A stretch of DNA of 64,000 bases, taken from positions 7,222 through 71,221 of the forward strand of contig CBDHFN010000003.1 in NCBI GenBank assembly GCA_965262605.1. Direction: 5' to 3'. The stretch is from Alphaproteobacteria bacterium. Lineage in GTDB: Bacteria; Pseudomonadota; Alphaproteobacteria; JASGCL01. Shown here piece after piece: positions 1-10,484 of this stretch. Below the pieces are notes generated by a model. It made no database searches. It saw only the letters and a list, made by a program, of their open reading frames with translations, and was not told where the DNA came from. A program made the translations under genes and the position numbers. Each line of letters starts with the position of its first letter. Position 1 is the stretch's first letter.

Positions 1-365
1 TTAACGGGATTTTTGATTTTTAATATTTTCGGGGTAATTTGCCCTTGGGCATTTTTTGCGCTAAAATCAATCACGGCATTGTTATATTTATTGCGCCATT
101 GCGAATCATAATCATATATCATCGGCATAAAATAGCCGTTTTCCAAGGAACCATTAATAATTTGCTTGCCCCGCCAATGAAAAACTAAGTCTATAAGCCC
201 ATTTGTTTGCCCCTTGGCATCAATAAGATATTGCTGGTTTTGCGTATTAATTTGCACGATTGCTTGGGCAACGGGCAAACCCAGACTTTTAATTTGGTAA
301 ATAAAATCTGATGCAATCATCGGTTTTATCGCCAAAAACAGCAATATTAAAGCAATTTTACGCAT
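1..365 (-). CDS. hypothetical secreted protein, 3' end truncated by window start
   Basis: Minus-strand ATG at 365..363 opens a frame (MRKIALILLFLAIKPMIAS...) with a signal-peptide-like N-terminus and no in-frame stop before position 1. It is absent from the ORF track because it runs off the window. Confidence 0.35.
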   Translation of the reverse strand, partial: MRKIALILLFLAIKPMIASDFIYQIKSLGLPVAQAIVQINTQNQQYLIDAKGQTNGLIDLVFHWRGKQIINGSLENGYFMPMIYDYDSQWRNKYNNAVIDFSAKNAQGQITPKILKIKNPV

Positions 366-367
366 TT

Positions 368-3300
368 TCAAGCCAATTTTGCCGAATTTTCCACAATAAC
401 AGGATGCGGTAATTTATGCAAAACTTCAAAAGGCACCACCATTTTTATTTGCGTCATGGTGGTTTGCCAATTTGCCAATAAAGATTTACCCCAATTGGAA
501 TTTGTCGCTTGAATATGCAATTCAAGCAAAGATTTTGCGTGATTTTGCCAATATGGCGTGCTTAAATCATAATAATCAACGCATTGGCGATTGATTTTCT
601 TGCCAAGCTTTTGTTTATTATCCAAAATAAACGCAATACCGCCCGTCATGCCCGCCGCGAAATTATACCCGATGCGTCCCAGAATCATAACTTCGCCACC
701 CGTCATATATTCACAGCCGTTGGAGCCACAACCCTCAACCACGCTGATAGCCCCCGAATTGCGCACAGCAAATCTTTCGCCTGCTTGCCCAGCGGCGAAT
801 AAATAACCCTTGGTTGCCCCATAAAGGCAAGTATTGCCAATAATGCTGTTTTCATAGGTTAAAAGCGTGGAAGTTGCGGTTGGGCGAATCACCACCGAAC
901 CACCGCTTAACCCCTTGGCGACATAATCATTGGCTTCACCAATTAGCTCAATATGCATACCACCGACAATGAAAGCCCCCAGACTTTGCCCCGCGGTGCC
1001 CCGCAATTTAAGCTCAATATGTTTGGGTTGCAAGGCATTCATGCCATATTGCCGTGTGATTGAAGATGCTAGCTTAGTGCCAATCGCGCGGTCGGTATTG
1101 ACAATATTATATTCCAAATGGCATTTTTCACGGGTTGTGAATAATTTATGCGCATCGGCAATAATTTTATCGTCAAGATTTTTGGGCAATTCATTACGAA
1201 ATACCCGCGATTTCTTGGCAAAATCAATATTATTATGGGCTTTTGCCAATAAAGGATTTAAATCCAGACTATCAAGATATTGTTCGGTTTCGTGGTTGCG
1301 CACGACTTGTTGCAATAATTCCGTGCGCCCAATAATATCATGCAAATATTTAAAGCCCAAATGCGCCAAAATTTCGCGAACTTCGGTGGCAATAAAGCTA
1401 AATAAATTCACAACTTTTTCGGGCGTGCCGTTGAATTTTTCCAATAATTTTGGATCTTGGGTGCAAACGCCGACGGGGCAAGTATTAGAATGGCACTGAC
1501 GCACCATCAAGCACCCCATGGCAATTAACGAAGCCGTGCCGATGCCGTATTCTTCCGCACCTAAAATCGCGGCAATCACCACATCGCGCCCAGTTTTAAT
1601 ACCGCCATCAGTGCGCAAAACCACTTTATCGCGCAAATTATTCAAGCATAAAACCTGATGCGCTTCGGCAAGCCCCAATTCCCAAGGCAATCCCGCGTAT
1701 TTAATGGAAGATTGCGGCGATGCGCCCGTGCCACCACTATGACCCGAGATTAAAATCGCATCGGCTTTTGCCTTAACCACGCCCGCGGCGATAGTGCCAA
1801 TGCCAGACCTTGCGACTAATTTAACGCAAACGCGCGCTTCGGGGTTAATTTGTTTTAAGTCATAAATTAACTGGGCTAAATCCTCAATACTATAAATATC
1901 ATGATGCGGTGGCGGGCTGATAAGCGTGACACCTTCGGTGGAATGGCGTAATTTCGCGATAATCGCCGAAACTTTAAAGCCGGGCAATTGCCCGCCTTCA
2001 CCGGGTTTTGCGCCTTGCGCCATTTTAATTTCTATCTCATCACAATTATTAAGATATTCCGCCGTAACCCCAAAACGCCCCGAAGCAATTTGCTTAATCG
2101 CGCTGCACGCATTATCACCATTGGCGCGGGGTTTATATCGTTCGCTATCTTCGCCACCTTCGCCGCTATCCGATTTTGCGCCGATGCGATTCATGGCGAT
2201 TGACAAAGTTTCATGGGCGATGGGCGATAAAGCCCCTAAGCTAATGCCCGGTGAAATTAATCGTTTGCGAATATCGGTGATGGATTCAACTTCTTCAACC
2301 TTTACATTCGCGCCCGATGGTTTAAATTTCAATAAATCGCGGATATGAATCGCGGGTAAATCATAAATCATTTGCGAATATTTGCGAAATAACGCATATG
2401 AATCACGCGTGACCGCGCTTTGCAACATATGGATTGATTCGGCTTCCCAAGCGTGCGATTCGGCGGATTTACGGTATCGGTAAAATCCTCCAATCGGCAA
2501 TGTGCCTGAATATTGCTCAATCGTCTCATAATGATTTTTAAGCAATTGTTGCAAGCCCGTAATGCCTAAACCAGAAATTCGGCTGATAAGACCCGGAAAA
2601 AATTCATTGACCAACGCCCTTGAAAGCCCGATGGCTTCAAAAATATAGCCACCGCGGTATGAACTTATGATGGAAATACCCATTTTGGACATAATTTTCA
2701 ATAAACCATCATCAAGCGATTTTTTATAATTATCAAGCGCCCGTTCCACAGAAATCTTACCCAATAACCCGCGTTCATGCCTGTCTATAATAGTTGCAAC
2801 CGCAAGATTCGGGTTAATTGTTGTCGCGCCAACCCCGATTAAAACCGCAAAATGATGCACATCAAGCGCATCATCGCAACGGATATTAATGCTGGTATAT
2901 GACCTTAAACCCTCTTTACTTAGGCGTGTATGCACGGCGGCGGCGGCTAAAATCATCGGCACAGGGTATAAACCGCAAGCTTCGGGAATTTGGGTGTTAT
3001 CCAAAATAATATACGGATTTTTTGCCAAAGCCGCTTCAAAAGCATTTTCAGAAATTTCTAAAATCGCTTGGCGTAAGCCATTGGGATTGGCGGGATTATA
3101 TAAACATTGAATTTCAATCGCGTCTTTGCCCATCCATTGCCGCAATTTAGCATATTCATCGTCCATTAAAATCGGTGATTGCAATTCCATAAAATCTAAT
3201 TGCCCTTTGGCTGCAAGGCTATTACCCATGTTATTAAGCCTCGTTGCTAGGCTCATTACATGGCGTTCGCGCAATGAATCAATCGGCGGATTGGTGACTT

Positions 3301-4903
3301 GGGCAAAATTTTGCCGAAAAAAATGATGCAAACCGCGGTAAACTCCCGCCAAAACTGCCAAAGGCGAATCATCGCCCATGGATCCCGTGGCTTCTTTACC
3401 TTCCAGCGCCATGGGTTGCAAAATTAATTCGCAATCTTCCATTGTCCAACCCGCAATTAATTGCCGATTAATTAAATCTGTTTTGGTTATTTTGGGCGCA
3501 GGTTTCGTGGCGGGTAATTCTTTGATATTATGAATTTGTTTAATCCAATCAGCATAAGGATTTGCACCAGCAACCATAGATTTTAATTCTTTATCATGAT
3601 AAAATTTACCTTTGGCAAGGTTAATGCCAATCATCTGCCCCGGTCCGACTTTACCGCGCATACGCAAATCACTTTCGCGATATTTCACCATGCCCGTTTC
3701 CGAACCGACAACTAATAAATCATCATTCGTAATTGCATATCGTAATGGGCGCAAGCCGTTTCGGTCTAAACAAGCCAGCACCCAATTACCGCCGACCGCG
3801 CAAATTGCCGCAGGACCGTCCCATGGTTCCCAAGACGAATGGGCATAGCGATAAAATGCTTTGAGATTCGTTGCCATATCGGCGGCTTCTTCCCATGCTT
3901 CGGGCATTAATAATGATTTAATTTCGGGCAAATCGCGGCGCGAATGCAAGTTAATTTCAAAAACATTATCTAACGCCCCTGAATCGGAGACATTGGGCAT
4001 GATAATCGGTAAAATATCCTTCATATTGCCAAATTTATCGTCTTCAAGTCGTTGTTCGCGGTTGCGCATCCAATTAATATTGGCGGATAAGGTATTAATT
4101 TCGCCGTTATGCGCAATGACGCGAAAGGGTTGCGCCAACGCCCAGCTTGGAAAAGTATTCGTGGAATAGCGTTGATGATACACCACGAAATTTGAAATAA
4201 ACCGCGCATCGCATAAATCAGGATAAAAAATATCCAATTGTTCGGCTAAAAACAACCCTTTATAAATGATGGAACGGCTTGAAAAAGAACAAATATAGGC
4301 TTCTAGCAAGTTTTCTTCAAGGAATTTTTTTTCAATTTTACGCCGTATGACATATAATTCGGTTTCAAATTCCTCTTCGGTAAGGTTTTTCGTGTTGTTA
4401 ATTAAGATTTGTTCAATTTCTGGGCGGGTAGAATTGGCTTTATCGCCGATGACGCCCGTGTTAATCGGCACTTGGCGCCAACCATAAATTTGATAGCCTT
4501 TGCGAATAATTTCAGATTCAATAATGACGCGGGTGCGCTCTTGGGCATCTAAATTAGTGCGTGGTAAAAATACCATGCCAATCGCAAATTTATTATTGGG
4601 CTGTTCAATACCCAACGATTTAATATAATCCATAAAAAATTCTTGGGGAATTGCCAAATGAATGCCCGCCCCATCGCCAGTTTTACCATCGGCATCAACC
4701 GCGCCCCTGTGCCATAATGCTTTAAGCGCATCAATGCCATATTGCACGACCGCGCGGGTGGCGTGCCCCTTGATATTCGCAATTAAACCAACCCCGCACG
4801 CCGATTTCTCATATTGCGGTAAATACATGCCATTTTTTGCCAAATTTTGGGCATCTTGGTAAATATTGCCAAAATTTTCTGTGTTTAATGGTTTGTTTTT
4901 CAT
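368..4903 (-). CDS. gltB: glutamate synthase (NADPH) large subunit
   Basis: 1511 aa. N-terminal amidotransferase region with the CGVG catalytic-Cys motif after a short propeptide, and FMN/Fe-S and GXGXG domains typical of GltB. Confidence 0.95.
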   Translation of the reverse strand: MKNKPLNTENFGNIYQDAQNLAKNGMYLPQYEKSACGVGLIANIKGHATRAVVQYGIDALKALWHRGAVDADGKTGDGAGIHLAIPQEFFMDYIKSLGIEQPNNKFAIGMVFLPRTNLDAQERTRVIIESEIIRKGYQIYGWRQVPINTGVIGDKANSTRPEIEQILINNTKNLTEEEFETELYVIRRKIEKKFLEENLLEAYICSFSSRSIIYKGLFLAEQLDIFYPDLCDARFISNFVVYHQRYSTNTFPSWALAQPFRVIAHNGEINTLSANINWMRNREQRLEDDKFGNMKDILPIIMPNVSDSGALDNVFEINLHSRRDLPEIKSLLMPEAWEEAADMATNLKAFYRYAHSSWEPWDGPAAICAVGGNWVLACLDRNGLRPLRYAITNDDLLVVGSETGMVKYRESDLRMRGKVGPGQMIGINLAKGKFYHDKELKSMVAGANPYADWIKQIHNIKELPATKPAPKITKTDLINRQLIAGWTMEDCELILQPMALEGKEATGSMGDDSPLAVLAGVYRGLHHFFRQNFAQVTNPPIDSLRERHVMSLATRLNNMGNSLAAKGQLDFMELQSPILMDDEYAKLRQWMGKDAIEIQCLYNPANPNGLRQAILEISENAFEAALAKNPYIILDNTQIPEACGLYPVPMILAAAAVHTRLSKEGLRSYTSINIRCDDALDVHHFAVLIGVGATTINPNLAVATIIDRHERGLLGKISVERALDNYKKSLDDGLLKIMSKMGISIISSYRGGYIFEAIGLSRALVNEFFPGLISRISGLGITGLQQLLKNHYETIEQYSGTLPIGGFYRYRKSAESHAWEAESIHMLQSAVTRDSYALFRKYSQMIYDLPAIHIRDLLKFKPSGANVKVEEVESITDIRKRLISPGISLGALSPIAHETLSIAMNRIGAKSDSGEGGEDSERYKPRANGDNACSAIKQIASGRFGVTAEYLNNCDEIEIKMAQGAKPGEGGQLPGFKVSAIIAKLRHSTEGVTLISPPPHHDIYSIEDLAQLIYDLKQINPEARVCVKLVARSGIGTIAAGVVKAKADAILISGHSGGTGASPQSSIKYAGLPWELGLAEAHQVLCLNNLRDKVVLRTDGGIKTGRDVVIAAILGAEEYGIGTASLIAMGCLMVRQCHSNTCPVGVCTQDPKLLEKFNGTPEKVVNLFSFIATEVREILAHLGFKYLHDIIGRTELLQQVVRNHETEQYLDSLDLNPLLAKAHNNIDFAKKSRVFRNELPKNLDDKIIADAHKLFTTREKCHLEYNIVNTDRAIGTKLASSITRQYGMNALQPKHIELKLRGTAGQSLGAFIVGGMHIELIGEANDYVAKGLSGGSVVIRPTATSTLLTYENSIIGNTCLYGATKGYLFAAGQAGERFAVRNSGAISVVEGCGSNGCEYMTGGEVMILGRIGYNFAAGMTGGIAFILDNKQKLGKKINRQCVDYYDLSTPYWQNHAKSLLELHIQATNSNWGKSLLANWQTTMTQIKMVVPFEVLHKLPHPVIVENSAKLA

Positions 4904-4904
4904 G

Positions 4905-6404
4905 CTATTCTCCTATGGTAAGTAATTTTTTTACTTTACCCGGCTGGGCAAAGCTCATGGTGCCGTTCATGGCAAAAGATTGGAAATATCGTTTAACCGC
5001 GGGCATGGTGATTTGATTGAAAATGCTTTTGGCTAAGCGGTAATCGTCAAACGCCATAAAACATTGTAATGATTGATTGGCTTGAAATTTACCATCAAAT
5101 AATTGCGGATTAAATTCATTCGCGCCATATGCTTGCCAAATTATTTTATATGGTTGAAAATTATATTTGCCAACCCCCAGCAAAGCCCACCAATGATTGC
5201 GCCTTATCATATTTTGAATAATAACGCCCTTGCGGTTTTTTAAAACGCCTTGATGCTTTTGATAAAAATTATAACAAAGTGGATATTCGGCAAGCTGCTC
5301 CATAGAAATTACTTTGCCATTTTTTTGATACGGCAAAAATACCCATTTTTCTTCGTTTAATTCAGGTGCCTTAAAATTTTCTTTGGTTAATAACGGATAT
5401 AAATATTTTTTGGGAATCGGCACATTTTGAATTTTTTCATTGGACATTAAATAATAATCGTCATTGGCGTGCAAAGATTTTTTATTGAAAAAATATAAAT
5501 AATTGGCACCACAAGTATTTAACCCTTGGCGTGGCATCGCCGATTTTGGAATATGAATCGCATTCATGACATTTTTATCGTGAAAATAATGCAACGCATC
5601 ACCATGTTTATTAAGCGGGTTTAAATATTGTATTTCGTAATTATCTTGGCTGGTTTTAATAAAGGCTTTAATGGGGTAAATTTGTGTTTTATTATTTTGA
5701 AAATAATAAAATCCGCATCGGGTATTAATACCTTTAAATGGGGAAAAACCGCCAAAATCATGAATTTCCATTAAGCAATAATCGCCTTGATTGCCATGAA
5801 ATTCGCGAAATTTTTGTTGCGCGCCATCATTATAAATCAGCGATAAAGGCGCGAAAAAATACGCCTTGCCATTGGGTTTACAATGCGATTGTATAGATTT
5901 TTGCATGATTAAAGCCGCAATATCAATGCGCGATTTCCCCATTAACATATCGCGGCGATTTTTAATTAAATCATGGTCAAAATACACTGATTTTAAAATT
6001 TCTTTGTAATTATTAGGTAAATCATTAAAATTAAGCCATGGCGGGTTGCTTAGAATAATATCAAATTTTTTATCGTGAAAATTGCAAATAAAATCTTGGT
6101 GCCAAAAATTTTCGCGCGGTAAATTTATATTATAAATCTGGTGAAATTTAACGAATGTTTTGGCGAATAATTCGCCGTCTAATTCCACGCCAAACAAGCG
6201 ATTAATCGGTAAATTTTCCAATCGCACCCCTTGGTTTAGGGCAACCTGCACGAGTGCTTGCAAAAGATTACCCTCGCCCATGGTTGGGTCAAATACTGAC
6301 GCGCCATTAAGCCAATCTTTGGCAATATCATATTTTAAGACAAATTCCATGGCGCAATCCAAAGGAGTCATTATTTGCCCAATTTTATGATTGATATTTT
6401 GCAT
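4905..6404 (-). CDS. gamma-class N6-adenine DNA methyltransferase (Eco57I/TaqI-like), stand-alone
   Basis: 499 aa with motif I-like FDPTMGEGNLL and catalytic motif IV NPPW (ILSNPPWLNF). The N-terminal GQIMTP motif is typical of this MTase clade. No nuclease domain and no adjacent REase. Confidence 0.75.
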   Translation of the reverse strand: MQNINHKIGQIMTPLDCAMEFVLKYDIAKDWLNGASVFDPTMGEGNLLQALVQVALNQGVRLENLPINRLFGVELDGELFAKTFVKFHQIYNINLPRENFWHQDFICNFHDKKFDIILSNPPWLNFNDLPNNYKEILKSVYFDHDLIKNRRDMLMGKSRIDIAALIMQKSIQSHCKPNGKAYFFAPLSLIYNDGAQQKFREFHGNQGDYCLMEIHDFGGFSPFKGINTRCGFYYFQNNKTQIYPIKAFIKTSQDNYEIQYLNPLNKHGDALHYFHDKNVMNAIHIPKSAMPRQGLNTCGANYLYFFNKKSLHANDDYYLMSNEKIQNVPIPKKYLYPLLTKENFKAPELNEEKWVFLPYQKNGKVISMEQLAEYPLCYNFYQKHQGVLKNRKGVIIQNMIRRNHWWALLGVGKYNFQPYKIIWQAYGANEFNPQLFDGKFQANQSLQCFMAFDDYRLAKSIFNQITMPAVKRYFQSFAMNGTMSFAQPGKVKKLLTIGE

Positions 6405-6409
6405 GGTAT

Positions 6410-7840
6410 TTACGCAACCCTTGCCGCTGTTTGCAAGGCTTGATTAATGTATTTTTTAATGCCCAAGGCGGCATTTTTGCCATCTTTTATGCCCCAAACA
6501 ACCAATGAAGCCCCGCGCACAATATCACCCGCGGCAAATACGCCCGATAAATTTGTTGCGCCCGCGCTGTTTTTAACGGCAATTGTGCCATTTTTATTAA
6601 CGGCTAATTCAGGTTGATTAAATAAACGCGGCATATCTTCGGCTTCAAAGCCTAACGCCATAATAACTTTATCGCACGCAATAGTTCGTTCAGACCCCTC
6701 AATCGCGACAACCGATTGACGACCATCAGCGGAATCGCTTGTCAAGCGCATATTGGTAATTTCAATGGAGTTTACTTTATCAACCCCCAAAAATTTCACG
6801 GGCGCGCTTAACCAAATAAATTCTACGCCTTCGTCCATAGCATTTTGCACTTCGCGGTCGGAACCGGGCATGTTTTCGCGATCGCGCCGATAAAGGCAGA
6901 TAACTTTTTTCGCGCCTTGGCGAATGGCGGTGCGCACGCAATCCATCGCCGTATCACCACCGCCAACAACCACAATATTTTGTCCTTTGGCATTTAGTGA
7001 TTCATTAGGGGCAATTTTATCGCCTAAATTATCGCGATTAGCTTGCACCAAAAAATCAAGGGCTTGGATAATATTTTTTAAATTATGCCCCGCCACATCC
7101 GATTCGCGTTTTTTATACACGCCAGTTGCAATTAATACGGCGGAATATTCAAGGCGCAATTTTTGAAAATCATCGCCAATATCATGATTAAGTTGAAATT
7201 TTACCCCCGAATCCCTAAGCCATTGGGTGCGTTTTGCGATAATTTCTTTGTCTAGTTTGAAATTAGGAATGCCATAAATCATTAAACCACCCACGCGGTC
7301 GTATTTATCATAAACCACGACTTGAAAGCCAAATTTGCGTAAATCCGCCGCCGCCGCAAGCCCCGCAGGACCCGCGCCAATGATAGCGATTTTTTCTTTG
7401 CGTTCATTTTGGGGTTTTATCGGTTTTACCCAACCTTGTGCCCATGCGGTATCGGTAATATATTTTTCCACCGAACCAATGGTAATATAGCCATGCCCCG
7501 ATTGTTCTATGACGCAATTTCCTTCGCATAATCGGTCTTGGGGGCAAATGCGCCCGCAAACTTCGGGAAAAACATTGGTTTGCGATGATAATTCATATGC
7601 TTCTTGTAAGCGACCTTCGGCGGTAAGCATCAGCCAATCAGGGATATTATTCGCCAAAGGGCAATGAATTTGACAAAATGGCACACCGCATTGTTCGCAC
7701 CGACCCGCTTGTTCGGCGGCAGTTTTATCGTCATATTTTTCCGATATTTCATGGTAATTTTTTTTGCGCTCAAGGGCGGAAGCCTTCATCGGCAATAATT
7801 GCTGGCGATTAACGAATTGAGTCATTTTAGCGGTAGTCAT
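6410..7840 (-). CDS. gltD: glutamate synthase small subunit
   Basis: Fe-S Cys clusters (CEQCGVPFC, CPQDRLCEGNC) and FAD/NAD Rossmann motif IAIIGAGPAGLAAA. Start chosen at MTTAKM (7840), which has an AAGGA Shine-Dalgarno 8 nt upstream; the track ORF extends to 7891. Confidence 0.9.
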   Translation of the reverse strand: MTTAKMTQFVNRQQLLPMKASALERKKNYHEISEKYDDKTAAEQAGRCEQCGVPFCQIHCPLANNIPDWLMLTAEGRLQEAYELSSQTNVFPEVCGRICPQDRLCEGNCVIEQSGHGYITIGSVEKYITDTAWAQGWVKPIKPQNERKEKIAIIGAGPAGLAAAADLRKFGFQVVVYDKYDRVGGLMIYGIPNFKLDKEIIAKRTQWLRDSGVKFQLNHDIGDDFQKLRLEYSAVLIATGVYKKRESDVAGHNLKNIIQALDFLVQANRDNLGDKIAPNESLNAKGQNIVVVGGGDTAMDCVRTAIRQGAKKVICLYRRDRENMPGSDREVQNAMDEGVEFIWLSAPVKFLGVDKVNSIEITNMRLTSDSADGRQSVVAIEGSERTIACDKVIMALGFEAEDMPRLFNQPELAVNKNGTIAVKNSAGATNLSGVFAAGDIVRGASLVVWGIKDGKNAALGIKKYINQALQTAARVA

Positions 7841-8005
7841 AATTTTTCCTTTTTGATGATTCGTGCATTCACCATAATAAATAAATTGCAAAAATCTAGA
7901 TAAAAAGTGATTTATTTCAATTTAATTGACAAAAAAAATTTGTTTAAGGCAGAAAAATAACTTTTTTTAAACTAATATAAAATTATTATCAATATAGTTG
8001 ACAAA

Positions 8006-8761
8006 CTATATTAATGCCCGCATTTGCAAAGCCTGAAATTCGCTGGTGGGGATTTGCGCCACTAAAATATCATAAATTTCTTGCTCATCGCGTTTTAAAA
8101 ATTCGCTTAATAATTGCAATTCTGCTAAGGACATCGCCGATAAATGCGCAATAAAAACTTGATTCATCATTAAATCAATTTCTTTGGTGCCACGATGCTG
8201 GGCGCGAAAGGTAATTTTTTTAATGGTTTTTTGATAATTATCATCAGGGCAATCTTCGCGACCACAAAAAAATTTTTGTCCATTGGAATATATAAAATAT
8301 TCGCCGTTTTCGCCCTTTGCATGGGCGACTAAATCATAAAAAACATTGCGGTTGCATCGCAACCATAAATTATCGCGCACCCGCACCAAAGGCTTGGGTT
8401 CATCGTGGTTATTTAATAAAATAAAAGGCTGCTCGGCGGTAATTTCAACCCAAAAATCTAAATTCGTGCGAATTAAAATTTTTTCATCGCTTATATCGGC
8501 TTCTACGCCGATAAATGGCGTATCTTCAACGATTATTTTACCCTTTTCAAAGGGCGTTGCCAAAAAATAATCGTTGGCTTCGCGAATCAGGCAAACCGCA
8601 AATAATTGCGCTAATTTTAAGCGTCCAATCGGGGAATTTTGATAATACCATTGCCCATTTTTATCAATTTTAATGGCAAAATCACCACAAACTGGCGGGT
8701 ATGAAACACCACTTAACCCCTTGCCCAAAGCCATTAATGAGGCAAAATCGGGCTTTGCCAT
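8006..8761 (-). CDS. DUF1285-family conserved alphaproteobacterial protein
   Basis: 251 aa with the PPVCGDF...DGxWxYxxSPIGR pattern recalled for DUF1285. Start overlaps the hfq stop (TAATG). Confidence 0.5.
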   Translation of the reverse strand: MAKPDFASLMALGKGLSGVSYPPVCGDFAIKIDKNGQWYYQNSPIGRLKLAQLFAVCLIREANDYFLATPFEKGKIIVEDTPFIGVEADISDEKILIRTNLDFWVEITAEQPFILLNNHDEPKPLVRVRDNLWLRCNRNVFYDLVAHAKGENGEYFIYSNGQKFFCGREDCPDDNYQKTIKKITFRAQHRGTKEIDLMMNQVFIAHLSAMSLAELQLLSEFLKRDEQEIYDILVAQIPTSEFQALQMRALI

Positions 8762-9003
8762 TACGAATCACAATCATCATCATCGTCTAAATTTAAATTT
8801 TCGGTGGGCATGATGGTTGAAATTGCATGTTTATAGACTAATTGCGATTGACCATCGCGTTTTAGCAAAATACTGAAATTATCAAACCAAGTAACATTAC
8901 CTTGAAGCTTGACCCCATTCACTAAGAAAATAGTAACTGCCACCTTTAATTTTCGTGCTTGATTTAAAAATAAATCTTGCAAATTTTTCTTCTCCTGCGC
9001 CAT
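8761..9003 (-). CDS. hfq: RNA chaperone Hfq
   Basis: 80 aa. Sm1/Sm2 motifs ([13 protein letters not shown]...FDNFSILL...[13 protein letters not shown]). Unusual acidic C-terminal tail DDDDDCDS. Confidence 0.9.
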   Translation of the reverse strand: MAQEKKNLQDLFLNQARKLKVAVTIFLVNGVKLQGNVTWFDNFSILLKRDGQSQLVYKHAISTIMPTENLNLDDDDDCDS

Positions 9004-9338
9004 AATATTCCTTTTGTTGATTGGTTTTTTTAATGTAATTTTCGGCGATAAGTTTATAAAACTGATTCTTTTATCATTTGCAAGTATTATTTTAATTTTA
9101 TGGTAATTTATTTATACGCCATGATTACTGATTAAAATTAGGGAATAAAATTTTACTTGCATTTTAAACAATTATGATGGCGTAGCATGAAGGAATAGCA
9201 ACGCGGCGCGGAAATAAGGATTAATGCAACAAACTAAAAATACTGATTTTTTAGAAAAAACTCAAAATAAACCCAAAATAGCATTTTAAGCTTTACTTTG
9301 TGAAAGAATCTTTTTATTTTTATTTTGAGGAGTAAAAT

Positions 9339-10484
9339 ATGGCAGAAAATTTAATTTGGGATTTAAAGCATTCCAATTCTGAAGACAACGAGCAAAATAA
9401 AAAAAAATTACAGAATTTTTTATTAGCCAAGAATCTTGTTTGCTTGCTGGGTAGTGGCGCGTCTTTTGGGAAATTTAAAAATGATACCCAAAATACATTT
9501 CCAAGCATGGGTGAATTATTGGAAGCTATTAAAAGTAAAACCGAATTACTTGAAAATTTTAATAAAATTGCAGTTAAAGAGAAAAAGTTAAATGATGAAA
9601 AAAATCTTGAAGTTTTATTATCAAAAATCTCCCAATTATCGGTTCATGATGATATTAAAAAGGAAGTTGAAAATTATATTAATGAAGTAAAATGTTTAAT
9701 CACAACAATGTGCACTAAAACTATAAATTTTGAAGGTGAATCTAAAGAAATTCCACCCCACCTTGAATTTTTACGCAAATTACATAAACGCGGCAGTGGC
9801 AAAGATCGGTTGAAAATTTTCACCACAAATTATGATACATTAATTGAGCAAGCCGCCGCCGAACAAAATATCGTGATTATTGATGGTTTTTCTTTTACCA
9901 GCCCACGAAAATTTTCACCCCGAAATTTTAAATATGATATTATTCAAACCGAATCCAATTACCAAAAAAATCAACCGATTTATAATTTAATAAAATTATA
10001 TAAAATACATGGTTCAGTTAATTGGCAAGAAGAAAATCATGAAATAATTCAAAAAGAAAATCCCAATAAACCATGTATAATATACCCATCTTCCACAAAA
10101 TATCAATTATCTTATCAAAAACCATATTTTGAAATGATGAGCCAGTTTAATAATGCAATGGCGACCGAAGAAACTTGTTTATTGGTAATTGGATTTAGTT
10201 TTAGTGATGACCATATTTTCAGTGCGATTAAAAATGCCTTAACTCAAGACACAACATTTAAAATGATTATTGTCGCGCCAGATTTAATAAAATCAGATAA
10301 AGAAGAAAAATATCCAAATTTATCAAAATTAAAAAAAATTGCCTTAAAAAATGAGCAATTATTTCTAATTAATGCAACATTTAAGCAATTTGCAAATGCA
10401 ATTCCCAAATTTAATGATGCGGATACCGAATCACAAAAACTTGAACTTATATCAAAAATTTTAGACGCAAAAAATGACAAATAA
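9339..10484 (+). CDS. SIR2-like NAD+-hydrolase, partner of the HerA ATPase (SIR2-HerA defense module)
   Basis: 381 aa. N-terminal glycine loop LLGSGASFG, FTTNYDTLIEQA (catalytic-Asn motif of defense-type SIR2 domains), and LYKIHGSVNW (HG catalytic-His motif). Strong GAGGAG Shine-Dalgarno. Very AT-rich. Confidence 0.75.
   Translation: MAENLIWDLKHSNSEDNEQNKKKLQNFLLAKNLVCLLGSGASFGKFKNDTQNTFPSMGELLEAIKSKTELLENFNKIAVKEKKLNDEKNLEVLLSKISQLSVHDDIKKEVENYINEVKCLITTMCTKTINFEGESKEIPPHLEFLRKLHKRGSGKDRLKIFTTNYDTLIEQAAAEQNIVIIDGFSFTSPRKFSPRNFKYDIIQTESNYQKNQPIYNLIKLYKIHGSVNWQEENHEIIQKENPNKPCIIYPSSTKYQLSYQKPYFEMMSQFNNAMATEETCLLVIGFSFSDDHIFSAIKNALTQDTTFKMIIVAPDLIKSDKEEKYPNLSKLKKIALKNEQLFLINATFKQFANAIPKFNDADTESQKLELISKILDAKNDK

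Noticed and set aside
368-7891. Numerous 60-190-aa ORFs antisense to or out of frame within gltB, gltD, ccoN, bamA, flhA and others in the six-frame track
   Set aside because: They are embedded in long, well-supported genes, lack ribosome-binding sites, and give low-complexity translations.
9320-9508. 62-aa minus-strand ORF overlapping the SIR2 gene start
   Set aside because: It is antisense to a strongly supported gene that has a good Shine-Dalgarno, and is most likely spurious.
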